DNA from: an uncultured Verrucomicrobiae bacterium
Lineage (GTDB): Bacteria > Verrucomicrobiota > Verrucomicrobiia > Chthoniobacterales > UBA10450
Length of the DNA stretch: 64,000 bases
Assembly (NCBI GenBank): GCA_963735805.1
Contig: CAVTMK010000001.1
Span: forward strand, 256,001-320,000
Direction of reading: 5' to 3'
In this document: positions 30,931 to 40,998 of the stretch, piece after piece
Numbering within the stretch: the stretch's first letter is position 1
Layout: each line of letters begins with the position of its first letter
Translations under genes and position numbers: made by a program
The notes under the pieces: model-generated
Told to the model about the DNA's origin: nothing
Database searches by the model: none
Seen by the model: only the letters and a program-made list of their open reading frames with translations

Positions 30931-31730
30931 GTCGGCTCGACGACACGTTCGTCCAGCTAAGGCGCTCTGGACGCGGCGGTCTAATCCCGTTCATCACCGC
31001 TGGCGACCCCGATCTCGAGACAACTGAGCTGTTGCTAATCGAACTCGCGAAAGCAGGAGCCGACATCATCGAGCTCGGCGTCCCTTTCAGCGATCCAGTT
31101 GCCGACGGTCAGGTAATTCAGCGAGCATCTGAGCGCGCACTGAAAAAGGGTGTAACGCTCTCCGACACGCTCCTGTGTGTTTCGCACGCAAAGAAGCGCG
31201 TCGACGTGCCAATTGTGCTCTTCAGTTATCTCAACCCTCTCTTGAAATTCGGCAAAGATCGCCTGGCAGACGAAGCCAACAAGGCCGGCGTGGACGCGGT
31301 GCTCGTCACCGATCTGGTCCCTGAAGAGGCTGGGCCCTGGGTGGCGGCCTTTCGTGACCGCGGGATGGACCTTGTCTTTCTCATCGCACCCACAACGTCG
31401 GACGAACGGTTAGCCCTCATCGCGCAGCAAGCCAGCGGGTTTATCTACGTTGTTTCGCGAACTGGTGTTACCGGGGAGCGAAATGAAATGCCGCGCGACG
31501 CCGAATCTCTTGTAAAACGTGTACGAGCAGTGAGTGATTTGCCGGTCGCAGTTGGGTTTGGCATCTCAACGGAGGAACAGGTTCGGCAGGTCTGGCACTT
31601 TGCAGACGCCGCCGTCATTGGAAGCGCCATTGTTCGCCAAATCGAGGAACTGGGTGGTAAGGCAGACATGGTTCTGCGCGTAGGTGAATTCGCCCGGTCG
31701 TTCCTCAAATCGAGACTTGTTGATCAATAG
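30927..31730 (+). CDS. trpA: Tryptophan synthase alpha chain
   Basis: [32 protein letters not shown]. Confidence 0.98.
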   Translation: MSRLDDTFVQLRRSGRGGLIPFITAGDPDLETTELLLIELAKAGADIIELGVPFSDPVADGQVIQRASERALKKGVTLSDTLLCVSHAKKRVDVPIVLFSYLNPLLKFGKDRLADEANKAGVDAVLVTDLVPEEAGPWVAAFRDRGMDLVFLIAPTTSDERLALIAQQASGFIYVVSRTGVTGERNEMPRDAESLVKRVRAVSDLPVAVGFGISTEEQVRQVWHFADAAVIGSAIVRQIEELGGKADMVLRVGEFARSFLKSRLVDQ

Positions 31731-31896
31731 GCGATTGGTCGTGGAAATTGGCGGTACGCACCTCTCTCTGAATATCTGGCCAATTAGCCTGTCGAGATTC
31801 GTTCTTTAAAATCGACGTGCACGGGGAACCAAGTAAGAGGATTGCTCCGATTCACATGCAGAATTGGTGTCTTTATCCGCGATGGGTGATCGATCT

Positions 31897-33420
31897 ATGA
31901 AGTCGCAGCCGGGGCAGACCGAGGAACAGTTTCATATTTTGGTAGATAGCGTCGAAGAGTACGCCCTCTACATGCTCGATCTGACCGGGAACATAACGAC
32001 TTGGAATGCTGGCGCACAGAAAATCAAACAGTACACTGCAGACGAAATTATTGGGAAGAACTTCGCCTGCTTTTATACGGCGGAAGATGTGGCCGCCGAA
32101 AGGCCCCAGCGCAATCTGCGCGAAGCCGCTCGCACAGGGCGAATCCGAGATCAAGGCCCACGCGTTCGGAAAGACGGATCGGTCTTTCAGGCGGAAATTG
32201 TCCTGACTGCACTGCGTGATAGCTCAGGCAACCTTCGTGGTTATTCCAAAGTCACACGCGACATCACCGACCAAATTCGCAGCCGGGAACTTGAAGCAGA
32301 AAAAATTGCGGCCGAAAAAGCTGGCAAGGCCAAGGACGATTTTCTCGCGGCACTCAGCCATGAACTGCGCACGCCTCTGACGCCAGCCTTGGCCGCCGCC
32401 AACTACCTGGCAAGCAATGCGTCGAAACTTCCAGCAGAATTCGTGGAGGACCTGGAAATAATTAAACGTAACGTGCGATTACAGGCGCGATTGATTGATG
32501 ATTTGCTGGATCTCACCCGGATCACCCGCGGCAAGCTGCAACTCCATTTGGAACCCGTTGATGCGAACGCGGTTGTCCGCGACGCGGTCGAGATTGCAAA
32601 TTCAGCTATCCTATCAAAGAAACTAAAAATTTCGACGGAGCTCAAAGCCGAGAAACACCACATCCGCGCTGACTCGATCCGCCTTCAGCAAATATTTTGG
32701 AACCTGATCAACAATGCTGTGAAGTTCACGCCGCCCGGCGGACAGATTGCGATCCGTACCTATAATGATAATGCTGGTCATTTTCGTTTCGAGATTACGG
32801 ATAATGGGATTGGAATTGAACGCGAGCGTCTGGTTTCGATCTTCACTCCCTTTGAACAGGCGGATCCGTCCGTCAGCCGTCAGTTCGGAGGCCTTGGGTT
32901 AGGTCTCGCTATTTCAAAGCATCTTATCGATCTTCACCACGGCGGAATTGAAGCAGAGAGCCGCGGCCGTAGTTTCGGAACTACCGTCAAGATCACGCTC
33001 GACACGCTGCCAGAAGGAACCAATGAAGCTTCGACGGACTCTGCCTTTCCGAAACACGAGGCAAAGCCGTTGCGTATTCTTTTAGTGGAAGACCATCGCG
33101 ACACCCGACATGCGATGTCACGCCTGCTTACCCATTTTGGCCATCAAACTTCGGTAGCCGATAGTACCCGGAGCGCGTTAGAAATGATGGCGTCCCAACG
33201 GTTCGATCTGGTTTTGTGTGACATCGGTCTCCCCGATGGCACCGGTTATGACGTTGTTTCAAAAGCTAAGACAAAGGGGCCGATCAAGGCAGTCGCGATC
33301 ACTGGCTTTGGCACGGATGAAGATATCCGACGGTCCAAGGAGGCGGGATTTGATTTCCACCTCGTCAAGCCGGTAGACTTTCAGGAGTTACGAACTGTCC
33401 TTGAGCAAGTCGGAGCTTAG
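31897..33420 (+). CDS. Cytoplasmic PAS hybrid histidine kinase with receiver domain
   Basis: PAS (WNAGAQKI), LSHELRTPL, NAVKFT, GGLGLGL, C-terminal REC (GFDFHLVKP); start may be 31882. Confidence 0.93.
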   Translation: MKSQPGQTEEQFHILVDSVEEYALYMLDLTGNITTWNAGAQKIKQYTADEIIGKNFACFYTAEDVAAERPQRNLREAARTGRIRDQGPRVRKDGSVFQAEIVLTALRDSSGNLRGYSKVTRDITDQIRSRELEAEKIAAEKAGKAKDDFLAALSHELRTPLTPALAAANYLASNASKLPAEFVEDLEIIKRNVRLQARLIDDLLDLTRITRGKLQLHLEPVDANAVVRDAVEIANSAILSKKLKISTELKAEKHHIRADSIRLQQIFWNLINNAVKFTPPGGQIAIRTYNDNAGHFRFEITDNGIGIERERLVSIFTPFEQADPSVSRQFGGLGLGLAISKHLIDLHHGGIEAESRGRSFGTTVKITLDTLPEGTNEASTDSAFPKHEAKPLRILLVEDHRDTRHAMSRLLTHFGHQTSVADSTRSALEMMASQRFDLVLCDIGLPDGTGYDVVSKAKTKGPIKAVAITGFGTDEDIRRSKEAGFDFHLVKPVDFQELRTVLEQVGA

Positions 33421-33440
33421 ATTGCCGGCACAATCAAGCC

Positions 33441-34490
33441 CTAACGATTTGCCCCTGCCGGGAACATCACTTTCTCTGGCGCCGTATTCAGCGCGGCGAG
33501 AAGCTTTCTGATCAAGCGCGTTTTGACACGGCCCGCTTCGCGTGGCGCGACCAGATAGCGGACAATGGCTTCGAGCCAGGTGTTTTCGCTTACCCGAAAA
33601 AAAACGCGCGGCCGCTCGCGCACTTCGAGTTCGTCGATGGGTGTACGGGCAAGCAAGTCCCGAAATGTTTCGATACGTTTGATCATTTCCTCGCCTAGCT
33701 CCTCCTCAGTAATTTTTTGCATCGTATTCGCGATGAACTCGAGGTCAGCGTTGAAAGCGACATAGAACTTGATCTCGTTCCAAACGTACGGAAAAAGCGG
33801 CCACGAATAATTATAAACGATCTCGTCTAGCACTTTCTCATTCGGAAACTTGATCAAGCGACCGCTCGGATGATCGCCGGAAAGATATTTGCCGCCGAAT
33901 TCCCAGAGAGTGGTGTCGAGATATCCCACATCAATTACGTCGCCCGTGGCTTCGCCGATTTGTATGCGATCACCCACGCGGAAAGGCTGGCGGACGAGAA
34001 TGTAAATCCAGGCGATGAAGCTTTTCATCGGTGTTTGGACAGCGAGGCCGATGATCACTGAGCCAATACCGAGTGCGGCAAGCGCTCCATACCAATTGAC
34101 GAAAATGATCGATATGGCGATGACTACGACAATCAGCGCGACAACCAAATGCATCACACGCTGAAGCGTGAAACGGGTGGAAGAATCCTCGATCCGTCCC
34201 AGCCCGTAAACGGAAATGGCTCGCGCGATGGCGAGGATGACCACGATCAGGGCTGTGCTGCGTAGAATTCGTTCGACAACGCCGGCAATTCCTTGCGGCA
34301 GCGGAATCAGCTTGGAGCCGACGAGAAGATATGCCGCGGTGCAACCCAATAAGATAACTGCTTTTATGACGAACCAGAACTTGTCTTTGCCGCCGGCCTT
34401 GATTGCGTCGGTATGCTTTCCGCCGGTGGTCCGTTGGAGCTCCTTGCGAATTTCCGGTCTCTGCGAAATTTCCTCCGGTGTCTCAGCCAT
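33441..34490 (-). CDS. Mechanosensitive channel MscS family
   Basis: TM helices then PFRVGDRIQIG, GDVIDVG, FPNE; start trimmed to MAETPEE. Confidence 0.9.
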   Translation of the reverse strand: MAETPEEISQRPEIRKELQRTTGGKHTDAIKAGGKDKFWFVIKAVILLGCTAAYLLVGSKLIPLPQGIAGVVERILRSTALIVVILAIARAISVYGLGRIEDSSTRFTLQRVMHLVVALIVVVIAISIIFVNWYGALAALGIGSVIIGLAVQTPMKSFIAWIYILVRQPFRVGDRIQIGEATGDVIDVGYLDTTLWEFGGKYLSGDHPSGRLIKFPNEKVLDEIVYNYSWPLFPYVWNEIKFYVAFNADLEFIANTMQKITEEELGEEMIKRIETFRDLLARTPIDELEVRERPRVFFRVSENTWLEAIVRYLVAPREAGRVKTRLIRKLLAALNTAPEKVMFPAGANR

Positions 34491-34594
34491 CATTAGTAAG
34501 TTCGCATTCGGCGAAGAAATGAGTGCAGAATACTGCGGTCCCATGCCATGGATTTTGAAGCCGCTGAAGTTCTCATCGCAATCGATTCTCAGAT

Positions 34595-35647
34595 GTGCTC
34601 TCGAACACCGATATTGCGGAATTGCTTGCAGCCAAGGCGGAGCGCGAGAGCGGAATCCTCTCACGTGCGTTTCGCCGAGCGGCTCGCAGCGCTTTTTTGT
34701 GGCCGGAAGAAGCAGCTCACGTTGCGGCACAGAACCGATCGCTGACCGAGTTGCGCGCAATTGGACCGTTCATCGAGAAGCAAATTCGGCGCTGGCTTGA
34801 TAAACCTCCTCCGGTAATCAAACGGGTTCCCGCGATTCGGCGCAACTTCATTTCGCTGGCTAAAGCAAGACAACTATTGGCCGCGAAACAAACATGGGCG
34901 AAGAATCTGCGCGGTGATTTGCAAATGCACACGCGCTGGAGCGATGGATCAGGTACGATCGCCGAAATGGCCGATGCAGCGATCGAGAGATCGTATGAAT
35001 ACATCGCAATCACTGATCATTCAAAAGGCTTAAAGATTGCCGGCGGCATCGACGAAAGGGCTTTGAAAAAACAGGGAAACCAGATCGCCAAGCTAAACGT
35101 GTCACTGCGAAAATCCGGTAAAGACCTGGTAGTGCTTCGCTCCATCGAGATGAATCTTAACCTGCGAGGTGAAGGAGACATGTCACCGGCGTCCCTAGCA
35201 GCTTTGGACCTTGTGTTGGGCGCGTTTCATTCTTCCTTGCGACTAGTTGACGATCAAACCGACCGTTACCTGGCCGCGTTGCGTAATCCGAACATTCATG
35301 TTCTCGGGCATCCACGTGGCCGTATATACAATTATCGATTGGGCCTGAGAGCAGACTGGCCTCGTGTTTTCGCCGAAGCTGCCAGGCTCGGTAAGGCGTT
35401 AGAAATTGATTGTTACCCGGATCGACAGGATCTGAGTATCGACTTACTCAAGGTAGCGCGTAACCACGGAGCCTTGATCTCCTTAGGTACAGATGCCCAT
35501 CATCCGTGGCAATTGGAGTTCATCGTGCTTGGGCTCGCCGCTGCATCGCAGGCGAAGATTCCAGCAAAACGAATTGTGAATTTCATGTCAGCTCCGGATT
35601 TAGAAAATTGGACACGGCGGCTACGTGACCGCAGCCTGGGGAAGTGA
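34595..35647 (+). CDS. PHP-domain protein with PolX-type N-terminal helical/HhH domain and no polymerase domain
   Basis: NTDIAELL, RAFRRAA, IGPFI joined directly to GDLQMHTRWSDG, TDHS, GHP, TDAH. Confidence 0.85.
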   Translation: MLSNTDIAELLAAKAERESGILSRAFRRAARSAFLWPEEAAHVAAQNRSLTELRAIGPFIEKQIRRWLDKPPPVIKRVPAIRRNFISLAKARQLLAAKQTWAKNLRGDLQMHTRWSDGSGTIAEMADAAIERSYEYIAITDHSKGLKIAGGIDERALKKQGNQIAKLNVSLRKSGKDLVVLRSIEMNLNLRGEGDMSPASLAALDLVLGAFHSSLRLVDDQTDRYLAALRNPNIHVLGHPRGRIYNYRLGLRADWPRVFAEAARLGKALEIDCYPDRQDLSIDLLKVARNHGALISLGTDAHHPWQLEFIVLGLAAASQAKIPAKRIVNFMSAPDLENWTRRLRDRSLGK

Positions 35648-35783
35648 TAAGTCCATTCCTTCGACAACCGGGCAACGCACCGCGCCCGATTCCATGATGT
35701 AAAAGTGAGCTTCAGCCCCACGAGCCATGAACGCTCGTTAGCGGAGGGTTCGCCCACGGAAAAAACGAAAGGAAAACAACAAA

Positions 35784-36113
35784 ATGAAAAAGATACTATT
35801 GAGTATAGCCCTTGCAGTTGCGGCTCCATTCGCATGGGCTCAGGTCTCAGAGACCACCACAACGACGACCACAACAGAAGGCAACGGCACGATCACTGAG
35901 TACACTCCGGGAAACACCATCGTACTCAGAGAAAGCAGCGGACCACGGAGCTACCACTTCGGAAAAACAGTCACTTACGTGACGCGTAGTGGCAGGACCC
36001 TGGACGAAGAGGCCGTGAGGACGAGAGTTAAGGTCGGTATTCCCGTCCGGGTTCACTACGTCGGGACAGGCGACAACATGATGGTCGATCGGGTAATTCT
36101 TGACGAAGATTAA
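35784..36113 (+). CDS. Small secreted beta-rich protein with Thr-rich N-terminus
   Basis: SD AAAGGA, signal peptide ending AWA, ETTTTTTTTEG. Confidence 0.8.
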   Translation: MKKILLSIALAVAAPFAWAQVSETTTTTTTTEGNGTITEYTPGNTIVLRESSGPRSYHFGKTVTYVTRSGRTLDEEAVRTRVKVGIPVRVHYVGTGDNMMVDRVILDED

Positions 36114-36144
36114 GAACGAAACCTGAGCTCGCTTGTTTTCCTCG

Positions 36145-36183
36145 CGTCCTTCCTGTTCTGTCGATTACGGAACAGGAAGGACG
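36145..36183 (+). terminator. Intrinsic terminator-like hairpin
   Basis: CGTCCTTCCTGTTC / GAACAGGAAGGACG 14-bp stem followed by TTGCTTGTTT. Confidence 0.7.
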
Positions 36184-36506
36184 TTGCTTGTTTGGGCTTG
36201 ATCGAAGCGTATGATGGGCTGTTCTGCCATCAGTAACCTAAAGCGGGTCCGGCTCACCTCTAAATAACTCAGCTCCGCAAACCGAACGAGAACGTCCCGA
36301 AGATTTTTTAGAATTCGCTGAGAACAATGTCGAATGAGGAGAAACCCGGTTCGCGTCTTTGCTTTCGCTCGGTTTCTCCATTCTCCATTTCTTCCTGGTA
36401 TAGAAAAGTACCCAGGATAATTCCCCCCTTATCTAGGCGGCCGCAGCTGAAGCGCTATACTGCGTCGCTAGCTGCGGCCATCTAAACGTATCACGCATCC
36501 TACCCC

Positions 36507-36677
36507 TTACGGGACGCCTCTTCCTCTCCATCCAAAGATGAAAAAGATCACGCACATCACCAGGAATATGAAGAACAGAATCTTCGCGATTCCCGCAGAA
36601 GCCGCAGCAATCCCTCCAAATCCCAGCACCGCTGCCACTAGCGCAATTATTAAAAATGTAACAGCCCAGCCTAACAT
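36507..36677 (-). CDS. DUF1328 (YtjA-like) small membrane protein
   Basis: [46 protein letters not shown]. Confidence 0.93.
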   Translation of the reverse strand: MLGWAVTFLIIALVAAVLGFGGIAAASAGIAKILFFIFLVMCVIFFIFGWRGRGVP

Positions 36678-36859
36678 CTTCTCACCTCCTTTTACGAGGG
36701 AATCGCATTCACCATTAACTGTGCGCGGCTTTCGTTTTCTAATCAGGCCCCTGATCAGCAAACCGCCTAGGAATTTTGTGCCAGGCATTGGGCTTACAAC
36801 ATCCAAGACGCGACCTTATAGTTGCTATCCTAGCTAGTCCTCGACAACACACAAAAAGC

Positions 36860-36887
36860 AAACGGCGGGAGTCGCCTCCCGCCGTTT
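36860..36887 (-). terminator. Intrinsic terminator
   Basis: AAACGGCGGGA / TCCCGCCGTTT stem with U-tract on the minus strand, downstream of the 36911 microprotein. Confidence 0.8.
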
Positions 36888-36910
36888 CTTCTTAACTTAA
36901 CGAACAAGGC

Positions 36911-37075
36911 TTATCGTCCGCCTTGCTGGCCACCGCCCTGTTGACCAGCTTGTTTTTCGCGCTCCCGCTGTTGGCGTTCACGTTCCTGTCTCTCGCGCTC
37001 TTCTTGTTGTCCGCCACCTTGCTGTCCGGGACCACCAGGTTTACCCGGTTCGTTCGGATTGTGTTGTGTTTCCAT
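36911..37075 (-). CDS. 54-aa Gly/Gln/Glu/Arg-rich hydrophilin-like microprotein
   Basis: METQHNPNEPGKPGGPGQQGGGQQEERERQERERQQREREKQAGQQGGGQQGGR*; SD GAAAGG; own terminator; absent from the ORF track. Confidence 0.8.
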   Translation of the reverse strand: METQHNPNEPGKPGGPGQQGGGQQEERERQERERQQREREKQAGQQGGGQQGGR

Positions 37076-37234
37076 ATTACCTTTCATTTTTGTTGCTAAC
37101 GTTTACCTTGCCACATCGCGACTGCGATGAAGACCTCGTCTTGCTCTCGAATCGCCTTCAAACGTGTTGCTGGATGGGACAATCTAATAAGAAGGTTTAC
37201 CTTTGGTGTTGAGGGTAGCCGCGGTAACAGTGTG

Positions 37235-37759
37235 TTATCGATTAGGACCCGCGCCGGCCAACTCCGTCTCCATTAGAGCTTCCGGATTTACAATGGTTTC
37301 CGCCAGTCTGTTGAGAACCTCATTCGTTTCCGCTTCTTCATCCAGCGTAGTTTGCAAAAGCTCTGCGGCCTTGTTTTGGCCAAGCAAATGCGCAAAGGTG
37401 CGGACACTGCCATAACTGGCGATCTCGTAATGTTCGACCTTTTGCGCCGCTACAATGATACCAGCATCCAGTACGGATTCGTCGCCATCTTGTTCCAGGA
37501 TTTCTGATCCTTCCTCGATAAGTCCTTTCATAGCCCGGCATGTTTTACCTTTTGGCTTCTCGCCAAGTTCTCCAAAGATTTCTTCAAGGCGTTCGACGTG
37601 GGTTTTGGTCTGTTCGAGATGTTTCTCGAAAGCGTCTTTCAATTCATCTGATGACGCTCCTTTAGCCATCTTTGGCAACGCTTTCAGTAACTGAGTTTCC
37701 GCATTATAAAGATCCCGCAGCTCGTCGGTATAAAGTTTTTGTAGTGTATCCACCTTCAT
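37235..37759 (-). CDS. Ferritin-like DUF892 (YciF-like) protein
   Basis: ELRDLYNAETQ, HLEQT, AAQKVEHYEIASYG. Confidence 0.94.
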   Translation of the reverse strand: MKVDTLQKLYTDELRDLYNAETQLLKALPKMAKGASSDELKDAFEKHLEQTKTHVERLEEIFGELGEKPKGKTCRAMKGLIEEGSEILEQDGDESVLDAGIIVAAQKVEHYEIASYGSVRTFAHLLGQNKAAELLQTTLDEEAETNEVLNRLAETIVNPEALMETELAGAGPNR

Positions 37760-37901
37760 GATCGTGTTTTTCTCTTTCCTTTTTTATTCCTGAGTTTTTT
37801 CCCTGATGTTTATTGGCATCGCGCGTTTGAAGCGTCAGCCCAAGGAATAAACGCCGCCAGTTGTGTGACTGCGCGTCTTTGATTTTAGAATTTTCCAAAA
37901 G

Positions 37902-38987
37902 TCATGTTTGAGCGGTAATCTCGCGTCGGGACGATTCGATACACCGATCAAGATGCCTCATGCGACGGTCAATCGTACGTTTGTATACGTTGACATAGTC
38001 CCTTGCCATCCGCGCGGCAGTAAAATGCTTATCAAATACTCCGCGACAATGCGCGCGGCTGAGCTCGGAGACGCGATGAACTGCTTCAGCTGCCTGCTCA
38101 AGGTCCTTTACAATAAATCCTGTCTCGCCTTCCGTTATCACTTCAGGCACCGCGCCGCCGTCATACGCGATTACGGGCGTCCCACACGCCATGGCTTCAA
38201 TCATCACAAGACCGAATGGTTCCGGCCAATCTATGGGAAAGAGCAGAGCGTAGGCATTACCCAGAAAGTCGTCCTTTTCTTGATCACTGATTTCGCCGAC
38301 CCATTCCACGTGAGACTCCTGTAGCAGCGGTTCGACGACCCTCTTGAAATATCTTTTGTCCTTTCGGTCAACCTTGGCGGCAATCTTGAGCGGCATTCCC
38401 GCCTGCTTGGCAATTTCTATTGCTCGATCCGCGCGCTTTTCTGGCGATATCCGCCCAAGAAAAGCGAGATAGGTGCCAGGGGTTGGCCGAAATCGCAATA
38501 AGTCTTGTGGCAAGCCATGGTAGATCGTTCCGACCCAATTCGCCCACGGCAAAGGTTGGCGTTGTCCGTTTGAAATTGAGATAACAGGTACATCGCGAAA
38601 GCGATCGTAAACCGGGATCAGGTCTGGCATATCGAGCCGGCCATGCAGCGTCGTAATGTGTGGAACAGGCAGATACCGAGAAACTGGAAACTGAAGGTAA
38701 TCAGTATGAAAATGGATCACATCAAAGTCGAGAGCGTGTTCCAATACTCGATCTATCATTGCTAGGTGGTGCGCCAGATGGTCCACGCACTGTTTGTTCA
38801 GACGCAGCGAGCGATGACACCCCGGGATTAGGCGGGCTTGTGTGACCGAGTCGCCGCTTGCAAATAGAGTAACATCATGCCCCGCACGAACCAATTCCTC
38901 CGTAAGGTAAGAGACGATCCGTTCCGTACCTCCGTACTTTTTTGGAGGCACACTTTCAGTTAATGGCGCAACTTGTGCGATTCTCAT
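37902..38987 (-). CDS. Glycosyltransferase family 4
   Basis: MRIAQVAP, PPKKYGGTER, GRISPEK, EPFGLVMIEAMACGTPV. Confidence 0.94.
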   Translation of the reverse strand: MRIAQVAPLTESVPPKKYGGTERIVSYLTEELVRAGHDVTLFASGDSVTQARLIPGCHRSLRLNKQCVDHLAHHLAMIDRVLEHALDFDVIHFHTDYLQFPVSRYLPVPHITTLHGRLDMPDLIPVYDRFRDVPVISISNGQRQPLPWANWVGTIYHGLPQDLLRFRPTPGTYLAFLGRISPEKRADRAIEIAKQAGMPLKIAAKVDRKDKRYFKRVVEPLLQESHVEWVGEISDQEKDDFLGNAYALLFPIDWPEPFGLVMIEAMACGTPVIAYDGGAVPEVITEGETGFIVKDLEQAAEAVHRVSELSRAHCRGVFDKHFTAARMARDYVNVYKRTIDRRMRHLDRCIESSRREITAQT

Positions 38988-39152
38988 GTTTATATCCTTC
39001 GCATCCCGATTCCGCGGCAATCCATAAATTACTTAAACACAAGGTAGTCGAGGGTCATTTGCTAGGGATGCACTGATCACTGGTTATCTCGTCGCAGAAT
39101 AATTGAAGACCTACTTCTTGGACTGGGATTTCGTGATGCTAGGAAGTCGAAC

Positions 39153-39269
39153 TCAATTGCAGCCCCGTAGCAAAAAGATAAGAAACAAAATCGGGATCGG
39201 AATACCTAATAGCCACAGCAAAATGTAGCCAGTTGCACCTGCTTCCTTGATTTTAGTAGTTAGACGCAT
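39153..39269 (-). CDS. 38-aa single-pass membrane microprotein
   Basis: MRLTTKIKEAGATGYILLWLLGIPIPILFLIFLLRGCN*; SD GAAAGGA; decayed paralog at 42562-42678. Confidence 0.8.
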   Translation of the reverse strand: MRLTTKIKEAGATGYILLWLLGIPIPILFLIFLLRGCN

Positions 39270-39535
39270 CCCGGATAATCCTTTCTCCACGCGGTTGATT
39301 TCTGCTAACCCACAAATTGCATCGGTTGATCAAACACTCAATCCGGCGAGTGGATGATTGTCCTATGAGACAATTTCCTATAGTGCGCCCGTGCCGCTAC
39401 AAAGTGGGAACTGTGGCCAATAACATCGTCCGCGTTTAGTTTCTTCTTTCTGCTCGGAATTCAGCGGCTTACAGACGTGGGCAAGTCTTTGCGACCATTT
39501 TCCCGATTGTGTGCGAAGTTAAAGCAGACTCGCTG

Positions 39536-40012
39536 ATGAAAAGCCAAGGCGAAAAGCTAAAAACACAGGAAAAGAAGCGGGATTTCTTTTGCCTTATAAG
39601 CGATGCATTTCGCATTTTTGCCCGTCATTCCGCTAGCGCGCTCGGGAGTGCATGGGCCTTTGCGGGAGCCGGAATCGTAATTTTGGTCTGGATTATCTCC
39701 GGCCCAGCGTTTCATTTTTCCGATACCTGGCAGTTGGTCATTAACACCGCAACAACGATCGTGACCTTCCTTATGGTGTTTCTGATTCAAAATACACAGA
39801 ACCGCGACGCCAAAGCAATGCATCTCAAGTTGGACGAGCTGATCCGCGCCCTTAAAGGCGCACGTAATCACCTTGTCGATCTGGAAGATTTATCTGACGA
39901 GGAGCTGCAAAAGTTGGAAAAGCAATTCCAGAACTTGCGCAAACGAGCTGAGAACGATGGGACTCCTTCGCGTCAGGGAAGATCCTCGAATCGCGCCAAG
40001 GACGCACGTTGA
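39536..40012 (+). CDS. Low-affinity iron permease family protein
   Basis: FSDTWQLVINTATTIVTFLMVFLIQNTQNRD, KLDELI. Confidence 0.92.
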   Translation: MKSQGEKLKTQEKKRDFFCLISDAFRIFARHSASALGSAWAFAGAGIVILVWIISGPAFHFSDTWQLVINTATTIVTFLMVFLIQNTQNRDAKAMHLKLDELIRALKGARNHLVDLEDLSDEELQKLEKQFQNLRKRAENDGTPSRQGRSSNRAKDAR

Positions 40013-40158
40013 CATGTGCGTTGGTTCTCTTTTGCCTTAGCGCGGCTGGTACCAACTTTAATTTCATAAACGGAGGACATTAGGCACAAATCACGTGTGC
40101 GTGCCGCCCTAAGTTTCCTTGGGGTCGCGGCTAAACGCTTTTGCCTTTGGCACCGCGC

Positions 40159-40623
40159 TTAGCGCGCCTTCACTCGCCTCATGCCGCTATGGTTCTTTCC
40201 GTTCCGCGCCGCTTTTTTGCGAACCCGTTCGAAGTGTTTCTCAAGGCTTGCGAGATCTTCGTCGGAAAGGTTTTCTAGATCAATCAGTTCATTTCGAGCG
40301 CCTTTCAGCGCTCGAATTATTTCGTCGAGTTTCAAGTGAGCCGCTTTGGCGTCGCGGTTCTGCGTGTTCTGAATAAGAAAGACCATCAGAAAAGTAACAA
40401 TTGTCGTCCCGGTGTTAATAATCAGCTGCCAGGTATTCGAATAATGAAACGCGGGGCCGGTTAGTCCCCAAAATAGGATAATAAGAATAGCGGCTGCAAA
40501 AGCCCAAGCGCTACCCAGCACCATCGACGAGCGCCTTGCAAAAATCCGAAAAGCATCGCGTGCTACGCAAAAGAAATCTCGTGACTTTTCTTTTTGCTCG
40601 AATTTTTCCTTCTGTGTTTCCAT
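40159..40623 (-). CDS. Low-affinity iron permease family protein (paralog)
   Basis: YSNTWQLIINTGTTIVTFLMVFLIQNTQNRD; start may be 40686. Confidence 0.92.
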   Translation of the reverse strand: METQKEKFEQKEKSRDFFCVARDAFRIFARRSSMVLGSAWAFAAAILIILFWGLTGPAFHYSNTWQLIINTGTTIVTFLMVFLIQNTQNRDAKAAHLKLDEIIRALKGARNELIDLENLSDEDLASLEKHFERVRKKAARNGKNHSGMRRVKAR

Positions 40624-40682
40624 CGCCACAAATAGCATCTGATCAGGAGTTGCGGAGTCGCAGGTCCTGCCGTCGACTGCCT

Positions 40683-40973
40683 TCAACGACGAAAGATCAA
40701 ACCGAGTACGAAACCGACTCCAAGCGCTGTAAAGACCGCCTTCGTCGGATTCTGACGGACGTATTGCTTGCTGTCGTCCTGAAAACCGCGTACGCGATCG
40801 AGAGCGTCGTCCAACATTTCTTTTCCACGCTCCCGATATTCATCGGCTATTGACCCTGCAGCTGAGCTAAGATCCGCCGCCGCCTTGCTTGCATGAGTCA
40901 CGCCACGCTTTGCTTCTTTTTTCACCTGCGGCGGGACCGCAGGGCCTTGTTCCGGTTGGTGTTGGTCACCCAT
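40683..40973 (-). CDS. DUF883 / ElaB-YqjD-like tail-anchored protein
   Basis: Helical N-terminus, YVRQNPTKAVFTALGVGFVLGLIFRR. Confidence 0.87.
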   Translation of the reverse strand: MGDQHQPEQGPAVPPQVKKEAKRGVTHASKAAADLSSAAGSIADEYRERGKEMLDDALDRVRGFQDDSKQYVRQNPTKAVFTALGVGFVLGLIFRR

Positions 40974-40998
40974 AGAATTCCCCTATCTTTATTGTTTG

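Noticed and set aside
34491..34760. N-terminal extension of MscS overlapping the PHP gene
   Set aside because: It overlaps a divergent real gene and has no MscS character.
36200..36500. Possible sRNA or short ORFs in a spacer with two hairpins
   Set aside because: The hairpins can be explained as 3' end structures, the ORFs are unconvincing, and no RNA family was recognised.
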